A stretch of 64,000 nucleotides of DNA from Actinomycetota bacterium (lineage in GTDB: Bacteria > Actinomycetota > UBA4738 > CALAEC01). The position numbers were made by a program, and so were the translations under genes. The notes beneath the pieces were generated by a model. It was not told the DNA's origin, made no database searches, and was given only the letters and a program-made list of their open reading frames with translations. Each line of letters opens with the position of its first letter. Position 1 is the stretch's first letter. Below, piece by piece: positions 27,567 through 35,871 of the stretch. The stretch covers positions 72,422-136,421 of the forward strand of contig DASYUI010000009.1 in the NCBI GenBank assembly GCA_036001425.1, in the 5' to 3' direction.

Positions 27567-29420
27567 CTAGGGCGTGGCCTGCGGGGCCGCGGGAGCCGGG
27601 ATGGTCGGCTCCTCGAGAGCGGCGGAGCCGGCGTCGCGCCGCCGGTCCCGAAGCGGAGCCGCCCCGAGCAGGGCCCGGCACAGGAGCGCCGTCCCGATGA
27701 ACATGAAACCGGAGATCGCGTAGGTGGCCCGGATGCCCAGATGGGTGCCGAACCACCCTGATGTCGACGCACCCGCCAGAAGGGCTCCCTGAAGCACCGC
27801 CTCCGAGGCCCCCATGACCCGGCCCCGGAAAGCATCGGGGGTCCGCTCCTGCAGGAGCGAGTGGTACGCCACCGAACCCACGCCGTTGGCGAACCCGGAC
27901 ACCAGCCAGAGCAGCAGGAGGGTCGAGAGGATGGACGCCCGGGAGGCGGTGACGACGGCGAGCCCAACCACGCCGATGGCCACGGCGAACAGCCACTCCC
28001 TGGACCACCGACGGGCTGCCGCCGGCGCGGCCACCGAGCCCAAGACCATCCCCAGGCCCCACACGCCGCCGACCAGTCCGAGGGCCTCCGGGCGGAGTTC
28101 GAGGATCCGGATCACGAAGAGCGGCTCGAGGGGCGAACGGACCGAGGCCGCCAGCATCACCAGCCCGATTACGATCAGGGCGCCGCGGATCACCGGACGC
28201 GCCAGCGCGTACTTGATCCCCTCCACGAGAGCCCGGACCGGCGAGGTCGAGGAAGCATCCGGGTCGCTCTTGGGGAACCGGACGCCCACCAGAAGCGCGG
28301 CCGAGATGGCGAACGACCCCGCGTTTGCCACGAACGCCGAGGTCGGACCGAGGCTGGCAACCAGGAGCCCGCCCGCCACCGGACCGGCCATGACTGCAAA
28401 GTTGTATGTGGCGCCCACCAACGCGTTGGCAGCCACGATCCGCTCCCTCGGCACCAGGTTGGGGATGGACGCCATCAGGCTCGGCTGGAAGATCGACCCA
28501 CAGAGCCCGAGGCACGCCGCCACCACATAGAGGTGGGCGAGCGAGGGCTCCCCCACCAGGAGGAGCGACCCGACCGCCAACATCCTGATCACGTCCGAAC
28601 CGATCATCAGGGTCTTCCGAGGGAACCGGTCGATCAGCGGGCCGCCCAGGGCCCCGGCCACCGCCCCCGGGGCCACTTGGGCGACCAGCAGTGCCGCCAG
28701 GGCGTGGGCGCTGGACCCGCGCCCTGCCAGGCTGGCGACGACGGCGAGCGTGTACACCCAGTCGCCGAGGTTGGAGACCGACTGGGCTGCCCACACCCGC
28801 ATGAACGCCCCGTGGCGGTGCAGTCCCCTGTACTGGCCCTTGCCGGACGGGATCAGCCGCGAGCCGCAGATCCGGTGGAGGGCCACCGCCGCGCCGAGGG
28901 CGATGCACAGGTCCCCGACGCTGAACACGTTGTGGAACGGGAACGGCGGGGGAAGAGCGAAGACGTCACCGAGGAAGGCCAGGTTCGGGTCGGCGAGGGC
29001 CGCGGAGTTGCGGAAGCCGGCGTGGCTCAGCGCCCGTCCCGCCGACAGCAGCGCCGCGGGCGACGCCGGGATCACACCGCCGTTGGCCGCGATGGCCATC
29101 AGGTTCATCACCCCGCCTACGGCGATGAGCCACATCCCCGGGAGTCGGCGGTTCGCCACCACGAACAGGCCGGCCAGCAGGTACGAGACGATGTGGGCGA
29201 TCCCGTGGAAGGCCCCGCCACTCTCGGGGACCACGCTGACGATGAGGATCTGGAGCCCGAGCGCCGCCAGGAGGGCCCAGGCATGGCGGAACCGAAGCTC
29301 GGCCAGTGAGCCGAGCCTTCCACCGAAGATGGGCACCGTGGCCACGGCCAGGACCACGAATGCGACCAGGAGCACCCTGCGACCTCCGTCCAGCTGGAGC
29401 TTCCTCCGGTCTATCGGCAA
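27567..29420 (-). CDS. MFS transporter with an N-terminal ~200-aa additional polytopic membrane module (possibly DUF5317-like)
   Basis: The MFS core begins at residue ~207 (MRVWAAQSVSNLGDWVYTLAVV; LIDRFPRK). The N-terminal 200 aa have 5-6 TM segments and no MFS repeat. No stop separates the two parts. An internal start at 28802 is possible. Confidence 0.75.
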   Translation of the reverse strand: MPIDRRKLQLDGGRRVLLVAFVVLAVATVPIFGGRLGSLAELRFRHAWALLAALGLQILIVSVVPESGGAFHGIAHIVSYLLAGLFVVANRRLPGMWLIAVGGVMNLMAIAANGGVIPASPAALLSAGRALSHAGFRNSAALADPNLAFLGDVFALPPPFPFHNVFSVGDLCIALGAAVALHRICGSRLIPSGKGQYRGLHRHGAFMRVWAAQSVSNLGDWVYTLAVVASLAGRGSSAHALAALLVAQVAPGAVAGALGGPLIDRFPRKTLMIGSDVIRMLAVGSLLLVGEPSLAHLYVVAACLGLCGSIFQPSLMASIPNLVPRERIVAANALVGATYNFAVMAGPVAGGLLVASLGPTSAFVANAGSFAISAALLVGVRFPKSDPDASSTSPVRALVEGIKYALARPVIRGALIVIGLVMLAASVRSPLEPLFVIRILELRPEALGLVGGVWGLGMVLGSVAAPAAARRWSREWLFAVAIGVVGLAVVTASRASILSTLLLLWLVSGFANGVGSVAYHSLLQERTPDAFRGRVMGASEAVLQGALLAGASTSGWFGTHLGIRATYAISGFMFIGTALLCRALLGAAPLRDRRRDAGSAALEEPTIPAPAAPQATP

Positions 29421-29578
29421 TCGGGGGGTCCCTCTTGAGCGACCCCGATTGCCCCAAGGGGCAGACCTTCGAATTCCCCACCCGTCGGCCTAAAGGCCTA
29501 CGCCGTTTCGTGCCGATAACTGGACAGACGGGGGCCCTCGTCTGGGGGACTCCGCCTGAAGTGAGAGGAGGTGACGGT

Positions 29579-29668
29579 TTGAAGGCACGGCTCTTCCGGC
29601 TGATCGTGTCCGTGGGCATGATTGCCATGCTGGCGGCGGTATTGGGTGCCGTCGAAAAGTGGGGGTAG
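29579..29668 (+). CDS. Candidate 29-aa hydrophobic small protein (MKARLFRLIVSVGMIAMLAAVLGAVEKWG)
   Basis: TTG start with AGGAGG 7 nt upstream. It has a single TM segment and sits between the MFS gene and the GGDEF-EAL gene. Support is sequence-only. Confidence 0.3.
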   Translation: MKARLFRLIVSVGMIAMLAAVLGAVEKWG

Positions 29669-29738
29669 ACCGTAGCCACCGTCAGGGCGCCCCGGGGAAG
29701 CCCGGGGCGCCCCCTCCGGCCTAGGTCACGAGGGCTCC

Positions 29739-31907
29739 ATGCGACTACATAGCATCCGACCGATCCACTGGTACGTGACGGTCGTGTCGGCCACCGGCCT
29801 CGCCCTGGCTGTCGCCCTTCCGGCGACCCAGGGCTTGACCAATATCCAGAGGGCGCCCGGCCAGTTCTGGCTATTCGTGGCGTTCCTCGTTCTCGGTGAG
29901 ATGGTCCCGGTCAAGGTCCCCCGCTGGAACGAGGACGTGGAGATCAGCACCGCCGCCACCTTCGGTTTCGCCCTGCTGGTGGGGTTCGGGCCCGCCGCCG
30001 CGGCCTTAGCGCACGGGCTGGCCACCCTGGTGGCCGACCTGACTCGCAGGAAGCCCTGGTGGAAGGCGGGGTTCAATGCCTCCCAGTACGCCGTCTCGGT
30101 GGCCGTCGCCGGCAGCGTCCTGGCCATCACCGGCGTGCCCCACGAGGGGATGCCCCCGGCGTTCGGTCCCGCGGACATCCCCGGCATCATGGCCGCCGGC
30201 GCGGTGTTCTTCCTGGTCAACCACACCCTCACCCAGGTAGCCATCGCCCTGGCCCAAGGCCTGGCCATCGTCCCGAACATCCGAAGCGACTTCACCTTCC
30301 AGGCATCGACGGCGTTCCTGATGCTCTTCCTTTCACCGATCGCCGTGGTAGCCGCGGAGCAGAGCCTTTGGCTCGTCCCGCTCCTGGCCCTCCCGATGCT
30401 CTCGGTGTACCGGAGCACCACGGTGTGGCTGGAGAAGCAGTACAAGGAGCACCAGGCGCTGCACGACCCGCTCACGGGGCTCCCGAACCGCCGGCTGCTC
30501 CATGACCAGATCCGCCAGTCCATCATGGGCGGCCGGCGATCCGGGCGGCCCCTGGCGGTCATGTTGATCGACCTCGACCGGTTCAAGGAGATCAACGACA
30601 CCCTGGGGCACCGGACCGGGGACATCGTCCTCCGGGAGATCGGCGTGCGCCTCTCCGGGCTGCTCCGGGAGACCGACACCATCGCCCGGCTCGGGGGCGA
30701 CGAGTTCGCCGTCCTCTTGCCCGAGGTGCCCGACGCGGCGGGGGCCATCCAGGTCGCCGACAAGATCCTGAAGTCCTTCGAAGCGCCGTTCGTGCTCGAC
30801 GGGCTGTCCCTCGACGTCGACGCAAGCATCGGTATCGCCCTGTACCCCGACCACGGGCTGGACGTCCACACCCTGATGCAGCGGGCCGACATCGCCATGT
30901 ACGTGGCCAAGGAAGCTCACACGAGCTGCGAGCTGTACACGGCGGAACGTGACCGAAACAGCACCCGGCGACTGGCGCTCCTCGGCGAGCTGCGCCGGGC
31001 CATCGACCGCGGCCAATTCTTGCTCCACTACCAGCCCAAGATCGACATGCGCACCCGCAGGGTGGCGGGCGTTGAGGCGCTGGTCCGGTGGCAGCATCCC
31101 CGGCACGGCCTCATGCAGCCGGACGAGTTCATCCCCCTCGCCGAGCACACCGGGCTGATCAAGCCCCTCACCCTCCACGTCGTGGACCGGGCCCTGGCCC
31201 AGTGCTGGCAATGGCAGCAGATGGGGCTGGAGGTCCCGGTGGCGGTGAACCTATCGGTGCGGAACCTCCAGGACGTCAACTTCCCGGAAGAGGTCGGCGA
31301 GCTGCTCCAGAAGCACCGGGTTGATCCGGAGCTCCTCGAGCTGGAGATCACCGAAAGCGCCATCGTCGTCGATCCCACCCGGGCCCTGGCGGTCCTGGGG
31401 AAGCTCACCGGCATGGGTGTGCGGCTCTCGCTCGACGACTTCGGGACCGGGTACACCTCGCTGGCCTCGTTGAAGCGCCTACCGGTCCGTCAGGTGAAGA
31501 TCGACAAGTCCTTCATCGTGAACATGGTCGTGGACCACGACGACGACATCATCGTGCGGTCCACGATCGAGCTGGCCCGGAACCTCGGCCTCCAGGTGGT
31601 GGCCGAGGGCGTGGAGACCGAGGACACGTTTGAGCGGCTGGCCGGGCTGGGATGCGACCTGGCCCAGGGCTACTACCTACGCGAGCCGGTGTCCGCGGTG
31701 GAGCTGACGACCTGGCTGGCCGCCCTGAACGGCCTCGGCGACGGGAACGGCCACGCCGCTGGAAACGGGAAGGTCCCCGGAGCCACGGAGCTCGATCCGA
31801 TCATCAAGGCGGGCGGCAAGGGGAACGCAAACGGGAATGGACACGGCCGGGCCAGTGGGAACGGCCACGCTCCCGCCCCCGTGGAGACTCGAACCAAGGC
31901 CCGTTAG
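29739..31907 (+). CDS. Membrane-sensor diguanylate cyclase/phosphodiesterase (N-terminal multi-TM domain + GGDEF + EAL)
   Basis: The N-terminal domain has ~7 TM segments. The GGDEF motif is RLGGDEF, and the EAL domain carries ELEITES and DDFGTGYTSL. The C-terminal Gly/Asn/His-rich tail is low complexity. Confidence 0.9.
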   Translation: MRLHSIRPIHWYVTVVSATGLALAVALPATQGLTNIQRAPGQFWLFVAFLVLGEMVPVKVPRWNEDVEISTAATFGFALLVGFGPAAAALAHGLATLVADLTRRKPWWKAGFNASQYAVSVAVAGSVLAITGVPHEGMPPAFGPADIPGIMAAGAVFFLVNHTLTQVAIALAQGLAIVPNIRSDFTFQASTAFLMLFLSPIAVVAAEQSLWLVPLLALPMLSVYRSTTVWLEKQYKEHQALHDPLTGLPNRRLLHDQIRQSIMGGRRSGRPLAVMLIDLDRFKEINDTLGHRTGDIVLREIGVRLSGLLRETDTIARLGGDEFAVLLPEVPDAAGAIQVADKILKSFEAPFVLDGLSLDVDASIGIALYPDHGLDVHTLMQRADIAMYVAKEAHTSCELYTAERDRNSTRRLALLGELRRAIDRGQFLLHYQPKIDMRTRRVAGVEALVRWQHPRHGLMQPDEFIPLAEHTGLIKPLTLHVVDRALAQCWQWQQMGLEVPVAVNLSVRNLQDVNFPEEVGELLQKHRVDPELLELEITESAIVVDPTRALAVLGKLTGMGVRLSLDDFGTGYTSLASLKRLPVRQVKIDKSFIVNMVVDHDDDIIVRSTIELARNLGLQVVAEGVETEDTFERLAGLGCDLAQGYYLREPVSAVELTTWLAALNGLGDGNGHAAGNGKVPGATELDPIIKAGGKGNANGNGHGRASGNGHAPAPVETRTKAR

Positions 31908-32400
31908 GGCCGAACCCCCCGAGCGATCTCCGCTGCGGCCCGCTCCACCAGATCGACCTCTCGCTCCCCGAACGCGTCGGGGCTGTCGGAGTCGATGTCC
32001 AGGACTCCCACGACGGTGCCGTCCTTGACGATAGGCGCCACCACCTCCGACTTCGTGGTCAGGAAGCACTGGATGTGGCCGGGGCGAGCGTTCACGTCGG
32101 GAACCACCTCCGTCTGCGCCTTGGCGGCGACGGTGCCGCACACCCCTTCGCCGAGGGGGATGCGCTCATGTCCGGCAGGGTTCGGGCCTCGGAACGGCCC
32201 CAGGACCAAGGTGTCGCCTTCCAGCAAGTAGACGCCCACCCAGTCGAAGCCCTCTCTCTCGAAGAGCCGCTCCACGATCTCGTCGATGACCTCGGCGTTC
32301 ACGACCGGGCAGTCTATCGGGTGTGGTATGACCTCGCCGTGCGCGCCGTTGGCTGCTCCACCCTGGTGACCTGCGCGGTCGGGATGCTCCCCGCCCGTGG
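31904..32400 (-). CDS. GAF domain-containing protein (free methionine-(R)-sulfoxide reductase / YebR-like)
   Basis: It carries GFDWVGVYLLEGDTLVLGPFRGPNPAGHERIPLGEGVCGT...VVAPIVKDGTVVGVLDIDSDS, which matches fRMsr-type GAF proteins. The start is undetermined: there is no canonical start codon in frame between 32342 and ~32460, so the gene must overlap the divergent hutI-like 5' end. Confidence 0.55.
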
Positions 32401-33550
32401 GGCCGTGGAGCCGGAGGCCGTCCGCGACGCGGTGGTGGCCTGGCAGGGAGACGCCATCGTCTACGCGGGCGAGCGCCGGGGCTGGGAGGGCGACGTCGAC
32501 GAGGAGCGGGAGGGGTGCACCGTCGTCCCTGGGTTCGTCGACTGCCACACCCACCTGCCGTTCGTGGGGTGGCGGGACGACGAGTTCGAGGCCCGGTTGG
32601 GAGGCCGCACCTACCGCGACCTGCACGGCGAGGGAGGCATCGCCCGCAGCGCTCGGATGCTGGCCGAGGCATCGGACGAGGACGTGCTGTCGTTCTGCCG
32701 CCCCCTCCTGGCCGAGATGCTGGCCATGGGGACCACCGCCCTCGAGCTGAAGACCGGCTACGGGCTCTCGGTCGAGGCAGAGCTTCGCCAGGCGCGCCTG
32801 GCCCGCCGCCTGTCCGAGGAAGCCGCCCAGACCGCCACGGTGACCCTGCTGGCCTGCCACGCGGTGCCGCCGGGGATGTCCCGGGAGGACTGGGTGAAGA
32901 CCGCGTGCACCGAGCTGATCCCGCAGGCGGATGCGGAGGGGCTGGTGGACGCGGTGGACGTCTACGTCGAGGACATCGCGTTTTCGGTGGAGGATCTCCA
33001 CCGGGTGGCCGAGGCGGCGGCGGCGGCAGGACTCCCGCTGAGATGCCACGCCGACCAGCTCGGGCCGTCAAGTGCGGGCGAGGCGGCCGCCTCCCTCGGG
33101 GCTCGAAGCGCCGACCATCTCAACCATGCGCGTCCTGAGGCGGGGACGACGCTGGCCCGTGCAGGGACGGCCGCGGTGCTGCTCCCTGCCTCCACCCTGA
33201 TGCTTCGAGCCCAGCCTCCGCCGGTCGCCGCGCTGGCCGGGGCGGGCGCCGCGCTCGCGGTGGCCACCGACTTCAACCCGGGGACGTCTCCGGTGCTCTC
33301 GATGCCCCTCGCCATCGCGCTGGCCTGCTCCCTGTACCGGCTCTCTCCGGGAACGGCCCTCGCGGCGGCGACGGCCAATCCTGCCTGGGTCCTGGGGCTC
33401 CACGACCGCCTGGGGTCCCTGGAGCCCGGCATGCGCGCCGACTTCCTGGTCCTGGAGGGGTCGGACGTCCGGATGATCGCCTACCGGCCCGGCCACAACC
33501 CCGTCCTGGAGGTCTTCGTGGCCGGTGAGCGAGTCGTGGGGGAACCTTGA
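32384..33550 (+). CDS. hutI: Imidazolonepropionase-like amidohydrolase (HutI family)
   Basis: HutI signatures are present: VDCHTHLPF, CHADQLGP, VATDFNPGTSP. The start is at ATG 32384 or GTG 32339. No other hut genes are in the window. Confidence 0.7.
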   Translation: MLPARGAVEPEAVRDAVVAWQGDAIVYAGERRGWEGDVDEEREGCTVVPGFVDCHTHLPFVGWRDDEFEARLGGRTYRDLHGEGGIARSARMLAEASDEDVLSFCRPLLAEMLAMGTTALELKTGYGLSVEAELRQARLARRLSEEAAQTATVTLLACHAVPPGMSREDWVKTACTELIPQADAEGLVDAVDVYVEDIAFSVEDLHRVAEAAAAAGLPLRCHADQLGPSSAGEAAASLGARSADHLNHARPEAGTTLARAGTAAVLLPASTLMLRAQPPPVAALAGAGAALAVATDFNPGTSPVLSMPLAIALACSLYRLSPGTALAAATANPAWVLGLHDRLGSLEPGMRADFLVLEGSDVRMIAYRPGHNPVLEVFVAGERVVGEP

Positions 33551-33603
33551 ACCAGCGCGGTGAAGTGCGGGGTCGCTCGCTGCCGACGAAAAGGAGCAAG
33601 CGC

Positions 33604-34668
33604 ATGCGTCGGACTTCCTTACTTATCGCCATTACGGCCCTGCTCGTGGCCCTGGCTCCTCTTGCCGCGGCGCCGGCTTCCGCCCGCATCGCCCGTCGGG
33701 CGGTGATCCGCTGCAGTGGCTGCTGGCCGACGGCTCTCGCCTTCACGCCCGGGGGCGGACGGATGTTCTATGTCGAGCGGTTCACCGGGGAGATCCATTC
33801 CTACGACCTCTCCGCCGGGACCAATCGAGTGTGGGGGCGGATCACCAACCTCGGGACCGACGGGGAGCAGGGGGTCCTGGGCATCGCCGTCGACCCGCGG
33901 TGGCGCCGCGAACGACGGTTGTACGTGTACTACACGAACGGGAAACCGCTCGAGAATCGCATCATCAAGCTCCGATGGGACGACGACGGGACGCCGTTCA
34001 GAACCATCCTGCTCAGGATCCGGGCAAGCTCGAACCACAACGGCGGCGTGATCCACTTCGGCCCGGACGGGTTGCTTTACGCAGTGACAGGCGATGCCGG
34101 CGACCCCGCTCGCTCCCAGGACACCAGCAGCAACGCCGGGAAGGTCCTTCGCCTGACGCGGAACGGTAACGTGCCGGCGGGCAATCCATTCGCCGGTGAG
34201 TACGCGTTCTCATACGGACATCGCAACTCATTTGGATTCACGTTCGATCCGCAGACCGACCGCCTGTGGCAGACGGAGAACGGGCCCGAATGCGACGACG
34301 AAGTCAACTTCGTCCGGTCGGGGATGAACTACGGGTGGGGCCCGGCCTCTGACTGCCCCGACACCTCGGAGAGCGGGCCCAACCCCGTTCAGCCCGAGGC
34401 CGTTTGGAACCCGGTCATCGCACCGACCGGCGCCACGTTCTGTGACAGGTGCGGTTTGGGCCCCGGCGTGCGTGGACGACTCCTCGTCGGGGCGTGGAAC
34501 GACGGAATCATTCGGCGACTGACGCTGGACTCCCAACGGAACGACGTCGTGGGCAGGAGGCTGGTTTTCGACAACTCCTCCGGTGTGCTCGCCGTAGAGT
34601 CGCGGCCATCGACGCGCGGCATCTTCTTCAGCGACGCGAACGGCATCTACCGCCTCGTTCGGGTCTGA
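33604..34668 (+). CDS. PQQ-dependent sugar dehydrogenase (soluble glucose/sorbosone dehydrogenase beta-propeller family), secreted
   Basis: Signal peptide (MRRTSLLIAITALLVALAPLAAAPASA), then the GSDH-B motifs (SNHNGG, HRNSFGFTFD, ENGPECDDE). AAAAGGAG precedes the ATG. Confidence 0.8.
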   Translation: MRRTSLLIAITALLVALAPLAAAPASARIARRAVIRCSGCWPTALAFTPGGGRMFYVERFTGEIHSYDLSAGTNRVWGRITNLGTDGEQGVLGIAVDPRWRRERRLYVYYTNGKPLENRIIKLRWDDDGTPFRTILLRIRASSNHNGGVIHFGPDGLLYAVTGDAGDPARSQDTSSNAGKVLRLTRNGNVPAGNPFAGEYAFSYGHRNSFGFTFDPQTDRLWQTENGPECDDEVNFVRSGMNYGWGPASDCPDTSESGPNPVQPEAVWNPVIAPTGATFCDRCGLGPGVRGRLLVGAWNDGIIRRLTLDSQRNDVVGRRLVFDNSSGVLAVESRPSTRGIFFSDANGIYRLVRV

Positions 34669-34735
34669 GGAGACATCCATCCCTTGGAGCGGTAATGTCC
34701 CCAAGCGGATTCTCTCGACAAGAAGGAGCAAACAG

Positions 34736-35836
34736 ATGCGCCGGACAGGCTCGCTTATAGCTCTGACTGCTCTCCTCGTCGCCGTATCCCCGCTCTCCGC
34801 GCCACCGGCGTCCGCCCGCCTCAGCCGGAGGGCGGTGGTCCGCTGCGACGGCTGCTGGCCAGTTGCGCTGGCCTTCACATCCAATGGTCTAACGATGTTC
34901 TACGTCGAGAGGTTCAGCGGCGAGATCCGTCGCTACGACTTCGCTCGGCGCCGACATCGCCTGTGGGGGCGAATCACCAACCTGGCGGGAGAGCCCGTGG
35001 CTGGCCAAGAGGAAGGTCTCCTCGGAATTGCCCTCGATCCCCGGTGGCCGACCGTACAGCGCATCTACGTTTACTACACGAACAGGGATCCCTTCGAGAG
35101 CCGTATCGTAAGACTAAGGTGGGACGACGACGGGACCCCCTTCAAGACGATCCTCCTCAGGATCCGAGCCAGTTCCAATCACAATGGTGGGGTGATCCAC
35201 TTCGGGCCCGACGGGAACCTGTACGCCGTTACTGGTGATCTCCACGACTCCTCCAATGCCCAGAACACCGGTAGCACCCTAGGAAAGGTCCTCCGCCTGA
35301 CGCGGGACGGAAACGTGCCCTCGGACAACCCATTCCCCGGCGACTACGCGTTCTCGTACGGCCACCGCAACTCGTTCGGGTTCACCTTCGACCTCAAGAC
35401 GGAGCGTCTGTGGCAAACGGAGAACGGGCCCGAGTGCGACGACGAGGTGAACCTGATCCGGTCCGGCAGGAACTACGGCTGGGGCCCGAGCTCCCGCTGC
35501 CCGAACACGTCCGAGAGTGGCCCGGACCCGGTGCAGCCCAAGTGGACGTGGACGCCCCCGATCGCACCCACCGGCGCGACGTTCTGCAGCGACTGCCGCC
35601 TCGGGCCCCGGTACTCGGGGCGGCTGCTCGTGGGATCCTTCGTCGACGGGAAGATCCGACGGCTTCGCCTGAACGCCGATCGCAACCACGTCTTGGGCCA
35701 GCGGGTCGTCTACAACCAGTTTGACGGGATCATCGCTCTGGAGACCCGGCCGGATGGCCAAATCTTCTTCAGCGACGCGAACGGCATCTATCGCCTGGTG
35801 TCTGGCAGAGGCAGTTCCTTCCGCCCCCCCATCTAG
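34736..35836 (+). CDS. PQQ-dependent sugar dehydrogenase, tandem paralogue of the preceding gene
   Basis: About 65% identical by eye to 33604..34668, with the same SNHNGGVIHFGPDG and HRNSFGFTFD blocks, and its own signal peptide. Confidence 0.8.
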   Translation: MRRTGSLIALTALLVAVSPLSAPPASARLSRRAVVRCDGCWPVALAFTSNGLTMFYVERFSGEIRRYDFARRRHRLWGRITNLAGEPVAGQEEGLLGIALDPRWPTVQRIYVYYTNRDPFESRIVRLRWDDDGTPFKTILLRIRASSNHNGGVIHFGPDGNLYAVTGDLHDSSNAQNTGSTLGKVLRLTRDGNVPSDNPFPGDYAFSYGHRNSFGFTFDLKTERLWQTENGPECDDEVNLIRSGRNYGWGPSSRCPNTSESGPDPVQPKWTWTPPIAPTGATFCSDCRLGPRYSGRLLVGSFVDGKIRRLRLNADRNHVLGQRVVYNQFDGIIALETRPDGQIFFSDANGIYRLVSGRGSSFRPPI

Positions 35837-35871
35837 CAGACAATAGTCTGGAGCGGCCGGGAGCATCTCGG

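Noticed and set aside
27091-28908. 605-aa minus-strand ORF overlapping the MFS gene in another frame
   Set aside because: It is an alternative frame of a clearly coding MFS region, with Arg/Gly/Pro-rich composition.
31652-32383. N-terminal 244 codons of the 632-aa ORF that ends as the HutI-like gene
   Set aside because: The HutI homology begins only around 32339-32384. The upstream part overlaps the GGDEF-EAL 3' end and the GAF gene, and looks like Arg-rich noise.
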